A stretch of DNA of 64,000 bases from an uncultured delta proteobacterium (GTDB lineage Bacteria > Myxococcota_A > Polyangia > Polyangiales > Polyangiaceae): contig CAVQUB010000015.1 of the NCBI GenBank assembly GCA_963716725.1, positions 128,001 through 192,000 on the forward strand. Reading direction: 5' to 3'. Below are positions 62,136 through 64,000 of this stretch, piece by piece (position 1 is the stretch's first letter; each line of letters begins with the position of its first letter). Under the pieces are notes generated by a model. It did not search any database, was not told where the DNA came from, and worked only from the letters and a program-made list of their open reading frames with translations. Made by a program: the position numbers and the translations under genes.

Positions 62136-62960
62136 TCAGTTCAGCATGCGGCCGTCGGGTCCGCGATCGTCATCGTCGTCGTCATCGTCGTCGTCCTTGC
62201 CGCCGCCGATCACGCGCAGGCCGGAGCGCGCAACGCGCTGCTTTCGCTCAGTGCTCTTGCGCTTCGCCTCTTGTTCGAGCCGCGACAAGCGCACTTTGAG
62301 CCAGAACCGCCGAGCGGGTGAGGGCGTTCCGCCGCCGAAGAGCCACCCCGCGAGCATGCCGCCGAAGGGCGCTATCAACCCACAGGGCAGCTGCTCGAGC
62401 GTGATGACGTAGAGCACGCTCACGCCGACCACGAACAGGATCAGCCCTCGGGAGCTGATCGGCAGGAAGAAGAACAGCCGCACGGTCTGACCTCGGAAGG
62501 TCAGCGCCCACGCGACGCTGATGGCGCCGAGGACCGGCGTCGCCGAAAACCAGTACTCCCCGACCAGCTTTCCGGCGAGGGACTTCGGCAGCGCGAGCCC
62601 GATCAACATCTGGCTCGCGTAGGCGACGAACGAGGACAGGATCAGAAAGCGGATCAGTCGCGCCCCGCCCCATTGCTGCTCGAGGGTGGGCGTCAGGAAG
62701 TAGAAGCCCACCAGCAGGAACAAGATCGAGCCGACGCTGGGCGGGTGCAGCAGCGGCGCGGTGAACAGACGCCAGATCTCGCCCTGCAGGACGCGCTCGG
62801 TGTTGCCCGCGAACAGCCAGAAGACGTCTTCACCCACCCCGCCCCAGTTGAGCCCGACCGCGAAGGCGAGCCAAACCGCGAAGAGTGTGAGGATGACGCC
62901 CCAGAGCGCGCGGCCGGGTCGCGGCAGGCCGGGCATCTGAGCGCCCTCGTCGCGACTCAT
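62136..62960 (-). CDS. Rhomboid-like membrane protein, catalytic dyad apparently lost
   Basis: GEIWRLFTAPLLH, LEQQWG; acidic D9 tail. Confidence 0.8.
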   Translation of the reverse strand: MSRDEGAQMPGLPRPGRALWGVILTLFAVWLAFAVGLNWGGVGEDVFWLFAGNTERVLQGEIWRLFTAPLLHPPSVGSILFLLVGFYFLTPTLEQQWGGARLIRFLILSSFVAYASQMLIGLALPKSLAGKLVGEYWFSATPVLGAISVAWALTFRGQTVRLFFFLPISSRGLILFVVGVSVLYVITLEQLPCGLIAPFGGMLAGWLFGGGTPSPARRFWLKVRLSRLEQEAKRKSTERKQRVARSGLRVIGGGKDDDDDDDDDDRGPDGRMLN

Positions 62961-63802
62961 AGCTCGACCAAGAGGTCGCACGCTGCGCGGAGCACGGCGC
63001 CCGAGAGCGCCTTTCGGTAACAGGTCGTGCCCCAACGCGGAGTCGACGCTCCGGCTTCGAAGGCCTCGATTGTGAAGGTGTGGCTGGCGCCCGGCTCGAG
63101 ATCCAAGAAGTCCACTGCCCCGTCGCAACCCGCGCCTTGGCTTGGAGCGTCGGAGGCGTCCCGCTTGGCGGTGAAGACCGAGACCTGACCGGGCGCGTCG
63201 CCGCAGGACAGCGAGCCCAGAGCATCGTCGAGATCCACGCGGATCCCGGTGGCAGTGGCGGGCAGCGCGGTCGCGAGGGGCGCGCAGCCCCGCACGAAGC
63301 GCGTCAGGTACCAGGCTGCCGTCACCGGCCCCTCGGAGGCCGAGCCGCTCTGCTTGCGACCACAAGTCGTGGTCCAACGCGGCTCGACGTACTTGCCCGC
63401 TCCGTCGACCAACTGCCTGCTGCCGGCGCCCAAGGCGCGGAGGTCGTCGCGGTCGTAGACCTCGACCTCGGCGTCGTAGCGGTGGCCGGGGATCACGAAC
63501 GAGAAAGCAGTGGCGCTCTCGCAGCGTGCCGGCGCGAAGCCTCCGTCGGACTGTCTCACCACGCTCGACGGCAGGGCGAAGGCATCCTGCGGCTCCTCGG
63601 CTGTGCCGAGATCGAAGAGAGTGACCACGTAGCTGCGCATGGCCCCGGGCGCGTCCACGCAGGGGATGTCGCCAGCGAAATCGAGGGGCGAGACCGCCAC
63701 CAAGGTCGGCGTGGTGGGGCCGGTGGTTCCGCCGCTCACCGTACAGCCGACGACCAACGCCGCGAACGTGACGAACGCGAAGATCGGACGGGTGCGCAGC
63801 AT
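62957..63802 (-). CDS. Hypothetical lipoprotein
   Basis: VVGC lipobox; internal repeat PRW.TTC. Confidence 0.7.
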   Translation of the reverse strand: MLRTRPIFAFVTFAALVVGCTVSGGTTGPTTPTLVAVSPLDFAGDIPCVDAPGAMRSYVVTLFDLGTAEEPQDAFALPSSVVRQSDGGFAPARCESATAFSFVIPGHRYDAEVEVYDRDDLRALGAGSRQLVDGAGKYVEPRWTTTCGRKQSGSASEGPVTAAWYLTRFVRGCAPLATALPATATGIRVDLDDALGSLSCGDAPGQVSVFTAKRDASDAPSQGAGCDGAVDFLDLEPGASHTFTIEAFEAGASTPRWGTTCYRKALSGAVLRAACDLLVEL

Positions 63803-63845
63803 GGCGAGCGGTTCTAAATCAAGGCGCCGGCACCGGCAACCCCGC

Positions 63846-64000
63846 TCACTGCACCGGCAGAAACACGCGTCTTTCGTTGAGCGGGGCGAAGCCGACGAGC
63901 TGTTCGTCTTGGAGGCGGAATCGCGAACTTCCCCCGGCGAGCTGGATCTCGCGCTCGGGATAGTCCGCCGGCATGCAGGTCCTGGCCATGATCATCGACG
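63846..64000 (-). CDS. 3' end of an unknown gene cut by the window edge
   Basis: Open frame ..ARTCMPADYPERE..RRVFLPVQ*. Confidence 0.45.
   Translation of the reverse strand, partial: SMIMARTCMPADYPEREIQLAGGSSRFRLQDEQLVGFAPLNERRVFLPVQ

Overview
High-GC bacterial chromosomal window. Gene content (many FHA, Ser/Thr-kinase, HEAT and Zn-ribbon-GYF proteins, Gly/Ser-linker lipoproteins, an atypical Hsp70) suggests Myxococcota, probably Polyangiales; this is an inference. The backbone is mostly housekeeping: serC, dciA-like, sod, bcp, ino1, fmt, lon, M1 aminopeptidase, hom, murI, pyrB, pyrR. At least six single-base frameshifts, some in core genes, look like assembly indel errors. Highlights: (1) a DsrE2-TusA-DsrE-diguanylate cyclase operon whose cyclase has no sensor domain but a stalk with three motifs spaced exactly 49 aa apart, a candidate sulfur-relay-controlled c-di-GMP system; (2) a ~3.3-kb tyrosine-integrase element in tRNA-Leu(CAA) that duplicates the 5' rather than the 3' half of the tRNA, with arm-type repeats, a RelE-type TA pair and an ORF that is complete only after excision; (3) an inositol-phosphate cluster with an IPCT-like cytidylyltransferase fused to a HisC-type PLP enzyme; (4) a bacterial METTL9/DREV-like methyltransferase; (5) an Hsp70 with a ~400-aa insertion between NBD and SBD, coupled to a J-protein; (6) three tandem FHA paralogs. 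All family calls come from motif recognition by eye; no searches were run.
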